Positions 1-13,141 of a stretch of DNA of 64,000 bases are shown in pieces. Made by a program: the position numbers and the translations under genes. The stretch comes from the human T2T-CHM13v2.0 reference genome, Homo sapiens. Positions within the stretch are counted from its first letter, which is position 1, and the number at the start of each line of letters is the position of its first letter. The stretch is taken from assembly GCF_009914755.1 (NCBI RefSeq), contig NC_060948.1, one strand, 5' to 3'. Below the pieces are notes generated by a model. That model was not told where the DNA came from, searched no databases, and saw only the letters and a list, made by a program, of their open reading frames with translations.

Positions 1-135
1 TTAAGACATAGTTCTCATAATGCCTTTTCTTTTCTCTGGATGTCACCATCTCAGACTAAGAGTATCATCTAGTATGTTCTAGACTTTCACCAGATGGGGA
101 GCTTGTATTCAATTCTGAGGGCTCCATTATCAAAT

Positions 136-738
136 TAGCAGAGGCATTTAAAGCAGAGCGACTCAATCTTGAAAGGGTCTCAGTTAAATAAGGCTGGGAC
201 CTACCGGTCTGGATTCCCAGGAGTTAGGCATCCTTAGTCACAGGATGAGATCGTCACAAGATACAGGTCAAAAAGGACCCCCGATAAAACAAAATGTGTA
301 AAGAAGCTGGCCAAAACCCAACAAACCTAGATGGCAACAAAAGGGACCTCTCAGTAATCATTATATAATAATTACAATACATGAGCTTGTTGAAAGACAC
401 TGTCACCAGCACCATGACAGTTTACAAATTTCATGGCAATGTCATGAAGATACCCTCTGTGCTCTAAAAGGGGAGGAACCCTCAGTTGTTGGAAATCCCC
501 ATGTCTTTCCTAGGAAACTCATAACAATCCACCCTGTGTTTAGTATATGATCAAGAAATAACCATAAAAATAGCCAACCAGAAGCCCTTATGGCTGTTCT
601 TCCTATGAAACACTCATTCTTTTGTTTCTTTACTTCTCTGATACATTTGCTTTCATTTACTCCATGAACTTGTTCCAAATGCTTTGTTATGTGAGGTCTC
701 TTCTTTGGGGTCTTGATGGGGAATGCTTTCTGGTAACA
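136..738 (+). mobile_element. Solo ERV1 LTR, MER41B-like
   Basis: Contains cagaggcattt..., tagtcacaggatgagat, cacaagatacaggtca, ccatgacagtttacaaa and aagaaataaccataaaaat, and ends ggtaaca. Has the MER41B-type segment ggggaggaaccctcagtt. 4-bp TSD aaat/aaag. Confidence 0.85.
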
Positions 739-941
739 AAAGTACCACAAGCAGGATGGCCTAAAGAACACACGCAGATTGTCTTACAATTCTGGAAGCC
801 AAAAATCTGAGACGTAGATGTTGGCAGTGTTGGTGCCTTCTGGAGGCTCTGGAAGAGAAAATGTTTCATGCCTCACCCATAAGTTCTGGTAGTTTTCTGG
901 CAATTTTTGTGTTCCTTGACTTGTAGAGGCAACACATCAAC

Positions 942-991
942 CTCTGTAGTCACATTATATGGTGTTCTCTGTAGTCACCTTATATGGTGTT
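942..991. repeat. 25-bp tandem duplication inside MLT1
   Basis: ctctgtagtcacattatatggtgtt followed by ctctgtagtcaccttatatggtgtt (1 mismatch). Confidence 0.9.
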
Positions 992-1230
992 CTCTTTCTT
1001 TTTAACTTTGTCCAAATTTCCACTTCTTAAAAGGTCACCAACCCGAATGACCCCATATTAATTTGATTATCTTCAATGACTACTATGAAATACAATCATG
1101 TACTGAAGTAGTGGGTGTTAGGACACTGTGGGTGGGTCACCCTGAAGGTGGATCTTCCTCTCGCAGTCCTAATCCCCACTACAATATGTAAATTTGGCTG
1201 AGACACAATTCAACCCATAACTATACCTGG

Positions 1231-1785
1231 GGTATTATTCAGTGTTCTATAGAGGGAATAAATCAATGGGATATATGTGTAAAGGAAAGGGAGTTTCTTA
1301 GGGAGAACTGACTTTCATGATCACAAGGCAAAGTCCCACAATAGGTCATCAGCAAACTGAGAAGCAAGGAAGCCAGTAGTGGCTCAGTCCAAGTCAAAAA
1401 GCCTCCAAAGTATTGAAGCTGACCGTGCAGCCTTCAGTCTATGGCCAAATGACCAACAGCCCCTGGCAAACCACTGGCGTAAGTCCAACAGTCCAAAAGC
1501 CAAACTTGGAATCTGATGATTGAAGGCAGGAAGCATCCAGCATGGGAGAAAATTGAAGCCTGAAAGACTCAGCAGGTCACCTTCTTCCACCTTCTTCTGC
1601 CTGCTTTTTCAGCCATGCTGGCATCCACTGGATGTTGCCCACCCACATTGTGGGTGGCCCTTCCTGAGGGTGGTTTTCCTTTCCCAGTCCACTGACTCAA
1701 ATGTTAATCTTTTCTGGCAACACCCAGAAACAACACTTTTCATCCTTCAATCCAATCAAATTGACACTTAATGTTAACCATTACA
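1231..1785 (-). mobile_element. Solo ERVL LTR, MLT2A-like
   Basis: Contains atcacaaggcaaagtcccacaatagg and cagtccactgactcaaatgttaatct, and ends ttaaccattaca. Perfect 5-bp TSD cctgg (1226-1230 / 1786-1790). Confidence 0.9.
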
Positions 1786-3387
1786 CCTGGCAATGTCTCA
1801 GCCTGAGATGAATCTGCACAAAATGGCAGCCCCATAGGAGGCAGCCTGAGCCCAGGATATCTGGGCCCTCGGAGCAACTGAATCTTGAAGCCAACTTTAT
1901 TTGGAAGTTGGATTTTTCATATTTTATGCCCCACATTTCAGTTAAGTCATATTAGAGGCTGAAGCTTTTTCTCAAGGTCAGTGATGTCAATTAGCCAGTG
2001 TGTGTAGGTCAGTGCTCTGAAGTAAAGCCATGCTGATGCACATAATTTTTTTTAAAATTACTTCTTTAAATAAAATTTTACAATCTAAAATATCCACTGG
2101 GAGGCAGCTTCCCAGTTACTTATAAAGTAGGATTGGTATTCTATACAGGTGAGTGATGTGGCCCAGAGTCAATTCATTAACTAATAAACATAGAAACAAA
2201 CTCAAAAGCAAACTAATCAATGAAAGGAAGCAAAAGTAGCAGCTGATTAGGTGGCTGTGAAGTTCAATTTCACAGTCTCACAGAATTCACACTGTAGGAT
2301 CTGGAGTGCTATTGCTGCTGACAAAAAGTAGTAGGGCTTCAGTAGCTTAAAGAGGTAGAAAATAATACCATTCTTAGGCTGTGTATGTAGCACTACTTAA
2401 TTGAAATAAAATATTAATTAAAATAAAAGGATACACCCTAAGGATAGGGTTAAGGATAACCCTAAGCTATTTCTTAACTTCCTTCTTCTAGTTCCTTGAG
2501 ATTCCACTTGCTATGAAATACATCTTGTGGGTTTTGAAGTTAAGGGCAAAGTTTTCATTTCTAATCCTACAATTTATTTGTTGAGTTACCTCTAGCAAAT
2601 AGTCCAACTCTCTGCACTTCATCTTTCTCATTAGGAGAAAAGGTCATAGTACTCCCAATTCAAATAAATAGATGGAAATCAAATTGATTGCTACATTTGA
2701 GACTATTTGTAAGGTGTAAAAATAAATCATTCCATATTATTGCTGCTATTATTATGATTATTTCTAATTTGTTTTGTGGCTTTCACTAATACTAAAATGT
2801 GTAGGAGTAGCATGTTTACACTTACCCTGGAGAGGTATGATGCAAGAGAGTTTATTTGCATCAATTCGTTTTTAGTATTTCCGGGTGACCTACACTTAAA
2901 CATATGGCCTATCCAACAAGAAAATTGGAAATACATAGTGTCTATTTGCCATGGGTAATGTGAAAGTATGTGAAAGAGATAGTCAAAGTTTTTCAGGCTT
3001 TGCTGCATAATGCATTCCAGGGATATAAAATCAAGGAAAGTGGGAGTTTAAACAAAGCCAATATTTTTATTGTGAACATAAAGACATGCCAGGAAATTAA
3101 CAAAAAGGAAAATGATCTTTTGAGAGAGAGAAAATGGAATATGCTATTTGGATAAAAGACAAGTGTTGGAGCTTACATTGGTAAGGAAAATAGTGAAGAA
3201 GTTTTAGAAAATTTTTGTTGTTATTGAAACAATGAATAAAGGATTAATTGCTTTATTTTCAATATATTTTCTGATGATGCCCAGGAATCTCAACATACCC
3301 TTATATTTGTTCACATAGCTTTGTGATGAGGGACTAAGAAGAGCTGGATATTGTTTGTGAAATAATGACAACAAGAATACTAATTGT

Positions 3388-3669
3388 GGCTGGACCCAGT
3401 AGCTCTCATATCTGTAATCCCAGCACTTAGAGAGGCTGAGGCAGACAGCTCACTTGAGGTCAGAGTTCAAGACCAGCCTGGTCAGCATGGGGAAATCCCA
3501 TCTCTAAGAAAAATACAAAAAACGCCCAGGCATTGTGGTGTATTCCTGTAATTCCAGCTCCTTGGGAGGCTGAGGCAGGAGAATGACTTGACCTGAGAAG
3601 TGGAGGTTGCACTGAGCCAGGATCACATCACTACATGCCAGCCTGGACTACAGAGTGCAACTCTGTCTC

Positions 3670-3704
<35 letters not shown>

Positions 3705-3718
3705 ATCATAAATAAAAC
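3388..3718 (+). mobile_element. Alu (S/J age) with (AAAT)9 tail
   Basis: Dimeric Alu text (ctgtaatcccagcac..., gaggttgcactgagcc); AAAT run at 3671-3706. Confidence 0.95.
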
Positions 3719-3734
3719 TAGGTATTATCAGTGA

Positions 3735-3935
3735 TCAGTGCTACCTTGTACCAGGAACTTAGCACCTATTATCTCATAGAATATTCACAGCATCCACAGG
3801 AGACAAGTACTAATATTATCCCCATTTTACACATGAAAATTTTGAGACTTTATAGGATTAAGTCATTTGTCCAAGTCACATAGCTAGTGTCTGAGCCTAG
3901 TTTCAAGCCCAGTTATGTCTTTCTCCAAAACCCCC
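3735..3935 (-). mobile_element. MIR
   Basis: Core motif attatccccattttacacatgaaaat...ttaagtcatttgtccaagtcacatagctagt. Confidence 0.8.
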
Positions 3936-4343
3936 GCAGTGGATTACTGAGAATAAAGACATGCATTTGAGCCAGAGATAAAAATCACAAATTATAACAT
4001 CTCTTCTGCTATGTAAAATCCAGCTAAGATGATCCTGTGAAAGGATATTTTTCACAGGATATTTTTATTATCTTATAGTCTGTAAACTTTGTCCTGTGAA
4101 ACCATAATCAGTCATCTCTTTCAGCTAAAAAGTTAATAGGTGAGCATCTGTTTCTAATTTATTAATGCATGATGTAGGCATATGACCAAAAGGCAAGACC
4201 CAGAATTAGTTAACACATCAGCTTCACATTTCTTCTTAAGCAACCAAAATCACACTGCTGCATTCCAGCTAAGGAACTACTGCTAACATTTCATTCTAAG
4301 TGAGATTACATATTAATTACTTAAAATATAAATTAATAATTCT

Positions 4344-6035
4344 AAAATCTCGTTAAGCTGATAAGCAACTTTAGCAAATTCTCAGGATACAAAATCAATG
4401 TACAAAAATCAGAAGCATTCCTATACACCAATAATGTACAAACAGAGAGCCATATCATGAGTGAACTCCCATTCACAATTACTACAAAGAGAATAAAATA
4501 CCTAGAAATACAACTTACAAAGGATGTGAAAGCCTTCTTTAAGGAGAACTACAAACCACTGCTCAAGGAAATCAAAGAGGATACAAACAAATGGAAGAAC
4601 ATTCCACACGCATGTATAGAAAGAATCAATGTCTTGAAAATGGCCATACCTCCCAAAGTAATTTATAGATTCGATGCTATCGCCATCAAGCTACCATTGA
4701 CTTTCTTCATACAATTAGGAAAAACTATTTTAAATTTCATATGAAACAAACAGACAAACAAAAAGCCTGTATAGCCAAGATAATCCTAAGCAAAAAGAAC
4801 AAAGCTGGAGGCATCACACTACCTGACTTCAAACTATGCTATGAGACTACAATAATCAAAACAGCATAGTACTAGTACCAAAACAGACATATAGACCAAT
4901 GGAACAGAACAGAGGCCTCAGAAATATCACCACACATCTACACCATCTGAACTTTGACAAACCTGACAAAAACAAGCAATAGGGAAAGGATTCCCTATTT
5001 AATAAATTGTGTTGGGAAAACCGGCTAGCCATATGAAAAAAAAAAAAAAAACTGAAATTGGACCCCTTCCTTGCAACTTATACAAAAATTAACTCAAGAT
5101 GGATTAAATGTAAGACCTAAAACCATACAAACCATAGAAGAAAACCTAGGCAATACCATTCAAGACATTGTCATGGGAAAACACTTCATGACTAAAACAC
5201 CAAAAGCAAAGGCAGCAAAAGCCAAAATTCGCAAATGGGATCTAAGTAAACTAAAGAGCTTCTGCACAGCAAAATAAACTGTCATCAGAGTGAACAGGCA
5301 ACCTACAGAATGGGAGAAAATCTTTGCAACCTATCCATCTGACAAAGGGCTAATATCCAGAATCTACAAAGAACTTAAACAAATTTACAAGAAAAAAGAA
5401 AACAACCCCATCAAAAGGTGAATGAAGGATATGCACAGATACTTCTTGAAAGAAGATATTTATGCAGCCAACAATCATATAAAGAAAAGCTCATCATTAC
5501 TTGTCATTAGAGAAATGCAAATTAAATCCACAGTGGGATACCATCTCATGCCAGTTATAAAGGGGATCATTAAAAAGTCAGGAAACATCAGATGCTGGAG
5601 AGGATGTGGAGAAATAGAATGCTTTTACACTGTTGATGGCAGTGTCAATTAGTTCAACCATTGCAAAAGACAGTATGGCAATTCCTCAAGGATCTAGAAC
5701 TAGAAATAATATCTGACACAGCAATTCCATTACTGAGTATATACCGAAAAGATTATAAATCATTCTACTATAAAGACACATGCACATACATGTAGGTTTG
5801 TTGTGGCACTGTTCACAATAGCAAAGACTTGAAACCAACCCAAATGCCCATCAATGATAGACATGATAAAGAAAATGTGGCATATATATACCATGGAATA
5901 CTATGCTGCCATAAAAAAGATGTTTTCACATCCTTTGCAGGGACTTGGATGAAGCTAAAAACAATCATTCTCAGTAAACTAACAGAAGAATGGAAAAACA
6001 AACACCACATGTTCTCGCTTATAAGTGGGAGTTGA
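4344..6035 (+). pseudogene. Disrupted L1 ORF2 remnant (C-terminal part)
   Basis: ORF-track pieces 4457-4744, 5071-5277, 5422-5652 and 5829-6035 resemble ORF2p, separated by stops and frameshifts. Confidence 0.9.
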
Positions 6036-6264
6036 ACAATAAGAACACATGGTCATAGGGAGAGGAACATCACAGACCCAGGCCTGTTGGGGTTGAGGGG
6101 CTATGGGAGGGATAGCATTAGGAGAAATACCTGATGTAGATGATGGGTTAATGAGTGCAGCAAACCACCATAGCACATGTATACCTATGTAACAAACCTG
6201 CATGTTCTGCACATGTACCCCAGAACATAAAGTATAATTTAAAAAACAATTTGCTTACTCAAAA
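4344..6264 (+). mobile_element. 5'-truncated LINE-1 (L1PA7/8-like)
   Basis: Fragmented ORF2 C-terminal frames (SELPFTI..., ..HMFSLISGS), L1PA 3'UTR and A tail. TSD aaattaataattct (4330-4343) / aaattataattct (6265-6277). Confidence 0.95.
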
Positions 6265-6399
6265 AAATTATAATTCTAATTTTATTATGTTTAAATATAA
6301 AAATGTTTGTAAATGTATTCTCAAGTTGAAAAAAGTAGGCATTTCATTTCTCAATTTTATCTGTCAGTTTTCTTTCTTTTTTCTTTTTCTTTTTGCTTG

Positions 6400-6800
6400 C
6401 TTTTTTACTGGGATACCATAGTTGTACACAGTGTAGGGGTACATGTGTTGTTGTTTTGATACCTATATGCAATGTGTAATGAACAAATCAGGGAAATTGG
6501 GGTATCCATTTCCTTAAGCGTTTCTTTTTTCTTTGTACTGGAAGCATTCTAATTTTCCCCCACAGCTATTTGAAATGTACAAAAAATTATTGTTAACTAT
6601 AATTTCCCTGCTATACTATCAATTATAAAAACTTACTTCTTCTAACTGTATTTTTGAATCCCTTATGCAACTTCTCTTCACAACCTCTGGTAACAACCAT
6701 ACTGCTATGTAGCTTCATTATCTTCAGGGGATCCACTTTTTTAGCTCTAATATATAAAAGAAAACATGATGTTTGTCTTTCTGTGCCTGGCTAATTTCTA
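6400..6800 (-). mobile_element. Old L1 3' end (L1MA-like)
   Basis: ggggtacatgtg..ttttgatac..tgtgtaatgaacaaatcaggg...tttgtctttctgtgcctggct. Confidence 0.75.
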
Positions 6801-7142
6801 AGTGATCATGTTATCAGACTAAAATTACATCAATGGCAAGTTTAAGAAAGATGTAAAAGAGAAAAATAAGATTCATTTATATTAAAGTCAGATTTTTAAA
6901 ATTAGTACATTTTTATTCAAATTTAATTTAGTGATCTGTGAGACATTTAAATGTTTAAATTACACAATTTTATACAAAGCCACTAGCATAATACATTTAA
7001 GTAAATTTAAATGAATTTGATTTAAATAAATGTGTTATACTAGTCTGTAATACATACTTCATAATTACTGTACTCTTATATTGATGTCAGAAAGAAAATC
7101 TTCATATTTGATGTCGAATATAATATCTATGTTTTCCACAAA

Positions 7143-7449
<307 letters not shown>

Positions 7450-7570
7450 TAAATTTCTAAAGTTTAATGCTAAATAAATTCATATGTTATGTTTAGCATT
7501 GTAATTAATGTGGAAACAACTAATAAATACTAATAAAAATTTAATTACACAATGAGGAATAGTCTCTAGA

Positions 7571-7783
7571 CAGAGCTATGTTTCCTAATACAGTAGACAT
7601 TTGTTGTATAGGCTGTTTAATATTGGATATAAATTAATTAAAATTAAATTGAGTATCAAACTCAACAGTCACAAAGCTACAAGTCAAGTACTCAATAGCC
7701 ACCTTTTGCAAATGGCCACTATACTGAATAATGCCAATGAATAACATTTTTATCCTCACAAAACATTAAAATAAACAGAGCTG
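7571..7783 (-). mobile_element. MER3-like hAT-Charlie DNA transposon
   Basis: aaattaattaaaattaaa..tcaagtactcaatagccac..acagagctg, with tctag motifs on both flanks as typical of Charlie target sites. Confidence 0.65.
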
Positions 7784-9112
7784 ATCTAGTTAATAGAGAT
7801 TGTTTGTGGCTACTTATTAAACTTTCACCACCAACAACACACAGAAACACACACACACACAAACACACACATCCTTGGTTTGACAGATGTTATGAGAATG
7901 TAGAGTTCCAACCAATAAAGGGTCTTCAATTACACATGCTTCTCAAATTAAAATGCAAACAAAATATGAATGAATTGTTTTTATTACAGAAGCAAAGATA
8001 CTTTGAACACAGTGAATTCCATTTGTGATTAGTATAAGGCAATATTTATTCAAATTTTTGATTGCACAGAACAGTATAATTATTAAAATGGAAAACAAGA
8101 CAAAGAAATAGGCTTCTATTTTCCTCATTCAGTACATAAAAAATACCCATATATTCTGCTTCATTCGAATTTCATAATGCAAATATTTTTGCTAAAATTC
8201 AAGAGAGAATAGCCTTGTTAACAAAACACAATTTTAGAATAAAGGAAATTCCTTTTTTTCTTGAATGTATTTGGCTCACTGTAAGCCAAGAGTACTAAAT
8301 GGAAAACTCATTTGTATTGTTTCCATATAGACATGTAAGTTTCTCATTTTGTCTCATTTTAGAACATTGGCTTTTTTATGTTCTCACTATCCTGTTCAGA
8401 TATTACAAACCTGGTGTCGTCATTCCTGAGAATTTGCTTGAAAAAAAAAGATGATCTTTTGTTTCTTCTGCCACTACCTTTTAAAGTTTGGGGAAAATTT
8501 TGAGATGAATTTTAGAATGATAATCATTATTAACCTACCAGTCATATGGTTATCAAAATTTGACTGCCCTACACAAAATCTGCTAGTCTGTAATACTGGG
8601 ATCTTAAGAGAAAAAAATGCCCGGTGTTTTGCATCTATGGGTCACACATCTCATACATTCTCTTTGAAATTAATATTAGAAAACCATGATTTCTTATTAA
8701 ATTACAAAAGTCTAGCAGAAATCATATTTTACATGCAAAAATTATTTGCAGACCAAATAAAATGGAAAATTACTTTGGACTGTGAATTACCTCATTTCAC
8801 TGTTACAACAATCATTATTTCATGCAGATCAGAAACTGAGGAGCAACTTTCTTATATAGATGTAAAATAGGAAAATATGGTTTCAATATAAAATATTTGG
8901 AAAAATCTTTTAAAACATTGTTTATAGAGAGAAATATTAATTATGAGGCTTTTTCCACTTTATTGTGGAAATACCATCTAATCCATTAGTCTTTATTTTA
9001 AAAAATAAGTTACAAATTGCTCATTTTATTATGGTGTCTTGTCTACTTTGATTCATGGTAACTTTGCTCTGAATCTACCTTGTCTAACATTCTTTCGGCC
9101 ACTACATAGATT

Positions 9113-10045
9113 TGAAACATCCTGTGGAAAGAGGACAGGAGAGATCAATGGGCTATGCCCTGCAAGGTACTCACTTTCTGGAACTCCAACTCAATAAAGA
9201 GTTTTATAGAGAGGTTTTTCTTGGTCGTTTTTCTGTCTTTGTCTGCAGAATAGTTTCAAAGGTCAGTCTTGCCACAGGTCTAAGCCAAGAGAGATGGGAA
9301 GGAAAAAAGAAGAGACTATCATGAGCAGTGCAAGGTCAGAGATTACCTGGTCCATGCATGTGTCTTTCCACAAGGTTACAGTTTTACTGATGTATTTCAA
9401 TTCCAAAAGCCACAAGACACATGTTCCCAAGGAGGGAATTCTCCTTAGTATTTCCTTCTTCTAAGAAGAATTGAAATTCTTCTTAGTATTTCAGTGGTAA
9501 GAACTGCAGGCACACAGGCTCAAGTAACTCCCAAAGCCAGTCAATACTGCAAAACCATACATAGCATCATATTTAACCAGTACATCAAATATTATAGATT
9601 AAACATTCCACAACAAATGATGTAACATTCAACATCAAGAGAAAGGGGATAGGAAAAAGAGTTAAACAAACTAGTCCATGGAGAAAACATAGACTAAAAG
9701 AAGATGCTGGTTTGGCCTAATCAGTCCATCCATTTTGCAAGGAAGAAATTTTAAAATGGACAGAGCCTTTGCTAGCAGATGTCAGGTGCTTATTACACAT
9801 TACCACAAGATGGTGACTGATAAGACAACCATTTCAATCTGTAAAGTCCTGCCATTTATGTGGCCACAGTGTCCTCTGGTGAGGACTGATAGTGGAAGAC
9901 TGTGCTTAGTTATGTCCTTATGAGGTTGGGTGCAGTCTTTATTGATTAGGCAAGACATCTGGTCCCTGTTGCAAGGTGCCTTATGAAATGCAAGATTTAG
10001 CCTTTCTTTAAGATGGTGCAACTTATATCAAGGGTACTCTATACA
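9113..10045 (-). mobile_element. Old ERVL-type LTR (MER54/MER73/MER74-like)
   Basis: Reverse strand starts tgtatagagtacccttgatataagt..ccatcttaaag and ends ..tgtttca. Subfamily is from memory only, and no clear TSD. Confidence 0.55.
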
Positions 10046-11989
10046 GAGCCCATTGCTCTTTGAGTTCTGATTTTCCTCTCTAATCTGATGGCTACTATAC
10101 TTACTGCAATCCACATGTTATTGCCTTGTATGTTCTGCCCAAGCTTTGATTTGTAAACAGAAGCAAACTTAGTGTGGAACATGCTTTCTTCATCCTAACC
10201 AGGGCAGCTTTGCCAATTCTGTTCTGCTTGGACTTTTTTCATGCCTCAAAGAGCTCTGAAAGAGCTTATTCATCAAATACTTATCTCCAGACATTGAAAA
10301 TGGTTTTGGACTCCTGGATTAACCTGGAATTCAATTTTGAGGGGGTGGCCCATTGCTGAACTTCAAATGGAAATTCTCCAAAATGACATCAAAGTCATCT
10401 AATCTTTGTATTGTTCACATTTAATCCTATGTGTGAAAACATAATTTATAAATAAACTATCTCTAACCATAGCGAAAGGCCAATTTACTGATTTGTTTTT
10501 AATTTTTTAAGGTCACCAACAAACTTCTTTCTTGGACTCCATTTATTTTGCCTTCATGTGTCTATTTTTGAGCTTCAGATGCTAATAAGTCTGTAAAGTA
10601 TTCTAGATTAAATGATAAAGATCACATTATCCAATCTCTGTTCAAATGTGCCTTTTGCCTTTTATTATCCCTAAATAATAATGAGAAATTTTGGAAATCA
10701 AATGTATGAAATATGCCCTCCACCTCTGAAAGCAAGATGGAAGACTGGGCTTGATCACCAGATTGGCAAAGAAATTGGATATCATCAGTGTGACAGCAGG
10801 TCAGCTTCAAACAGAGAAGGTGAAGACCAGCACATGAGGCAGTGCTAATGGTTTTAATCAAGGGACATTACACTGTGAAGATAAGAGTCAAAGAGGCAAC
10901 ACAACACAAGCCTGCTGTCAGCATATTCCATATACATTTATACTTAAACATCTTAATCTGTCCCCTTTCCTTTAAACACATGCCATGGATTTCTAACAGA
11001 AATGAATTTTTGGAAGATTTCTTTATAGCTATTATTAGAAAGATGCAATGAAGACGGGGGATTGTGATTGGCAAGTCCTCCCAGACCTTTTGGAAGTAAA
11101 ACATCTGTGCCACTTGCCAGAAAATGTTGGCTGGTTTTTCATCAAAACATGTGCAGCTACAGTAGGTATTGGAAACCCTGCCAGGCAACACCTGCAGACT
11201 GCAACAGACTCACCCTCATGTACTTTAATAAGATGTCTTTTGTTATAAAACTGAGATTCCATTTTGCAAGCCTGGCCTCTGACAAAGTGGAAAATTGGTC
11301 TTGGAAGTGTCTCTTTTCTCCCACCTGGAGTTGTTTTCAGGGGTTGTTAATATCTAAGAGCCTATTACTACTTTCAGTGATTCCTGCACAAAACTGTTGT
11401 GCAGGTTGTTGCCAAATTACCCCTCCAAGGTAAGTGCTGCAAATGCATCTGCAGTTCTCTTCAGAGATATTCGTCAAGGACATTATCTGTTCTCTCAGAA
11501 GTCCTCCATCCTGTCTTAGGTTATGATGGGCAACTAGAACACACCGAGAAGAGTCAAGATCAGACTCTGTTGGTCTTATCCAAAGCCTTGGATGGTCCCA
11601 GAACTCTGAAAGGATACCAGTGGTTCAGCAGCTCCTGGTCTCTTTGTATGTCATTTATTTTTCAATTTGGTGACTACACAGACCAGTAGCACCAGTGTGA
11701 ATGCTGGAGGAGCCATTGCATTTGAGTCAGATAGCAGGAGAGAAGGGAACCTGGAGAATGCCGGCTGGACTAATTCCTTTAGCAACCCAAATATTTATCC
11801 TTGCACAAGTAGCAGATTCCTTCTTGGTGTGCAGTTCCTAGGCATCCATGCATATTTGCGCACAGTTTTGCTCTTTTCTTAGGTAACACCACAGTTTATT
11901 TAAAGCAGTTGACATCCTGACTCTGAAACATTTGAATAAGTCTGGTTTATAAATGCTTAAATTCTACAGCTCACTAAATTGTTAATGAT

Positions 11990-12436
<447 letters not shown>

Positions 12437-13141
12437 CTATAGGTATATTTATTTAGCTAATTGTAGCTTGGCTACTACATTTTAAAATGAGTGGTATAGC
12501 TTAATTTTTTTTAAAGAAGCCATTTAATAAAATGTATCTGCTATGCATTAGAAATAAAGTAGACATTTTATAATATTATGCTACACAAAACCTGAAACAA
12601 CATGTAAAACAGGAGTTATTACTTGAGTCTCCCATTTTATAAACAATGCATACATACTTAGGAAGCCTAGCCATGTTTATTTTTCTTTTCAGATCCTGAA
12701 CAGTGGAGCTGAAATTAAAACTGAAGACTTACTGATGCTAGACCCACTTTGTCCATTATATTTCCAGAGTATTTCTTTAATTCCAGAGTATTTCTCTAAT
12801 TCTTTAATTAGAGGTGCAAAAAGTGAGGGCTGGTAAGAGTTCTCTTTGCTCAGTTAAAACCAAACAGAAATGAAAACTGAAAAAGCTATGTCCTAAAGTA
12901 TTATTTGGGAATTCACTTTGTCTTCTGAAATTATTTCTACGTAAATTTCCCCTTAAATCTTCTGTTTATTGTAGGTTAATTACAAGATTTTAGTTGGAAT
13001 TTAATTATGGTTGCTAAGAACTTAACCATTAGTAGTGTCGAAGGAACTTCTAGACATCTTTTCCTCTGAATAAACACTGACAACCCTGAGGAATGTAATG
13101 ATGTTAGAAAAATATGTTCTGCCGCATTAGTAACTCCGCCT

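Larger units (their letters stand above)
104..1221 (-). mobile_element. MaLR LTR (MLT1B/MLT1C-like), interrupted by MER41B
   Basis: tgtattc..agggctccattatcaaat (104-135) rejoins taccacaagcaggatggcc..ttctggaagcc after 742 and ends acacaattcaacccataac. This is the typical reverse-strand MLT1 text. Confidence 0.7.

Noticed and set aside
8451-8870. 139-aa ORF in non-repeat DNA
   Set aside because: AT-rich, no recognisable domain, promoter or splice support; compatible with chance
10868-11882. Processed pseudogene or coding exon suggested by clustered short ORFs
   Set aside because: No recognisable protein similarity, poly-A or TSD; kept only as a candidate non-coding exon
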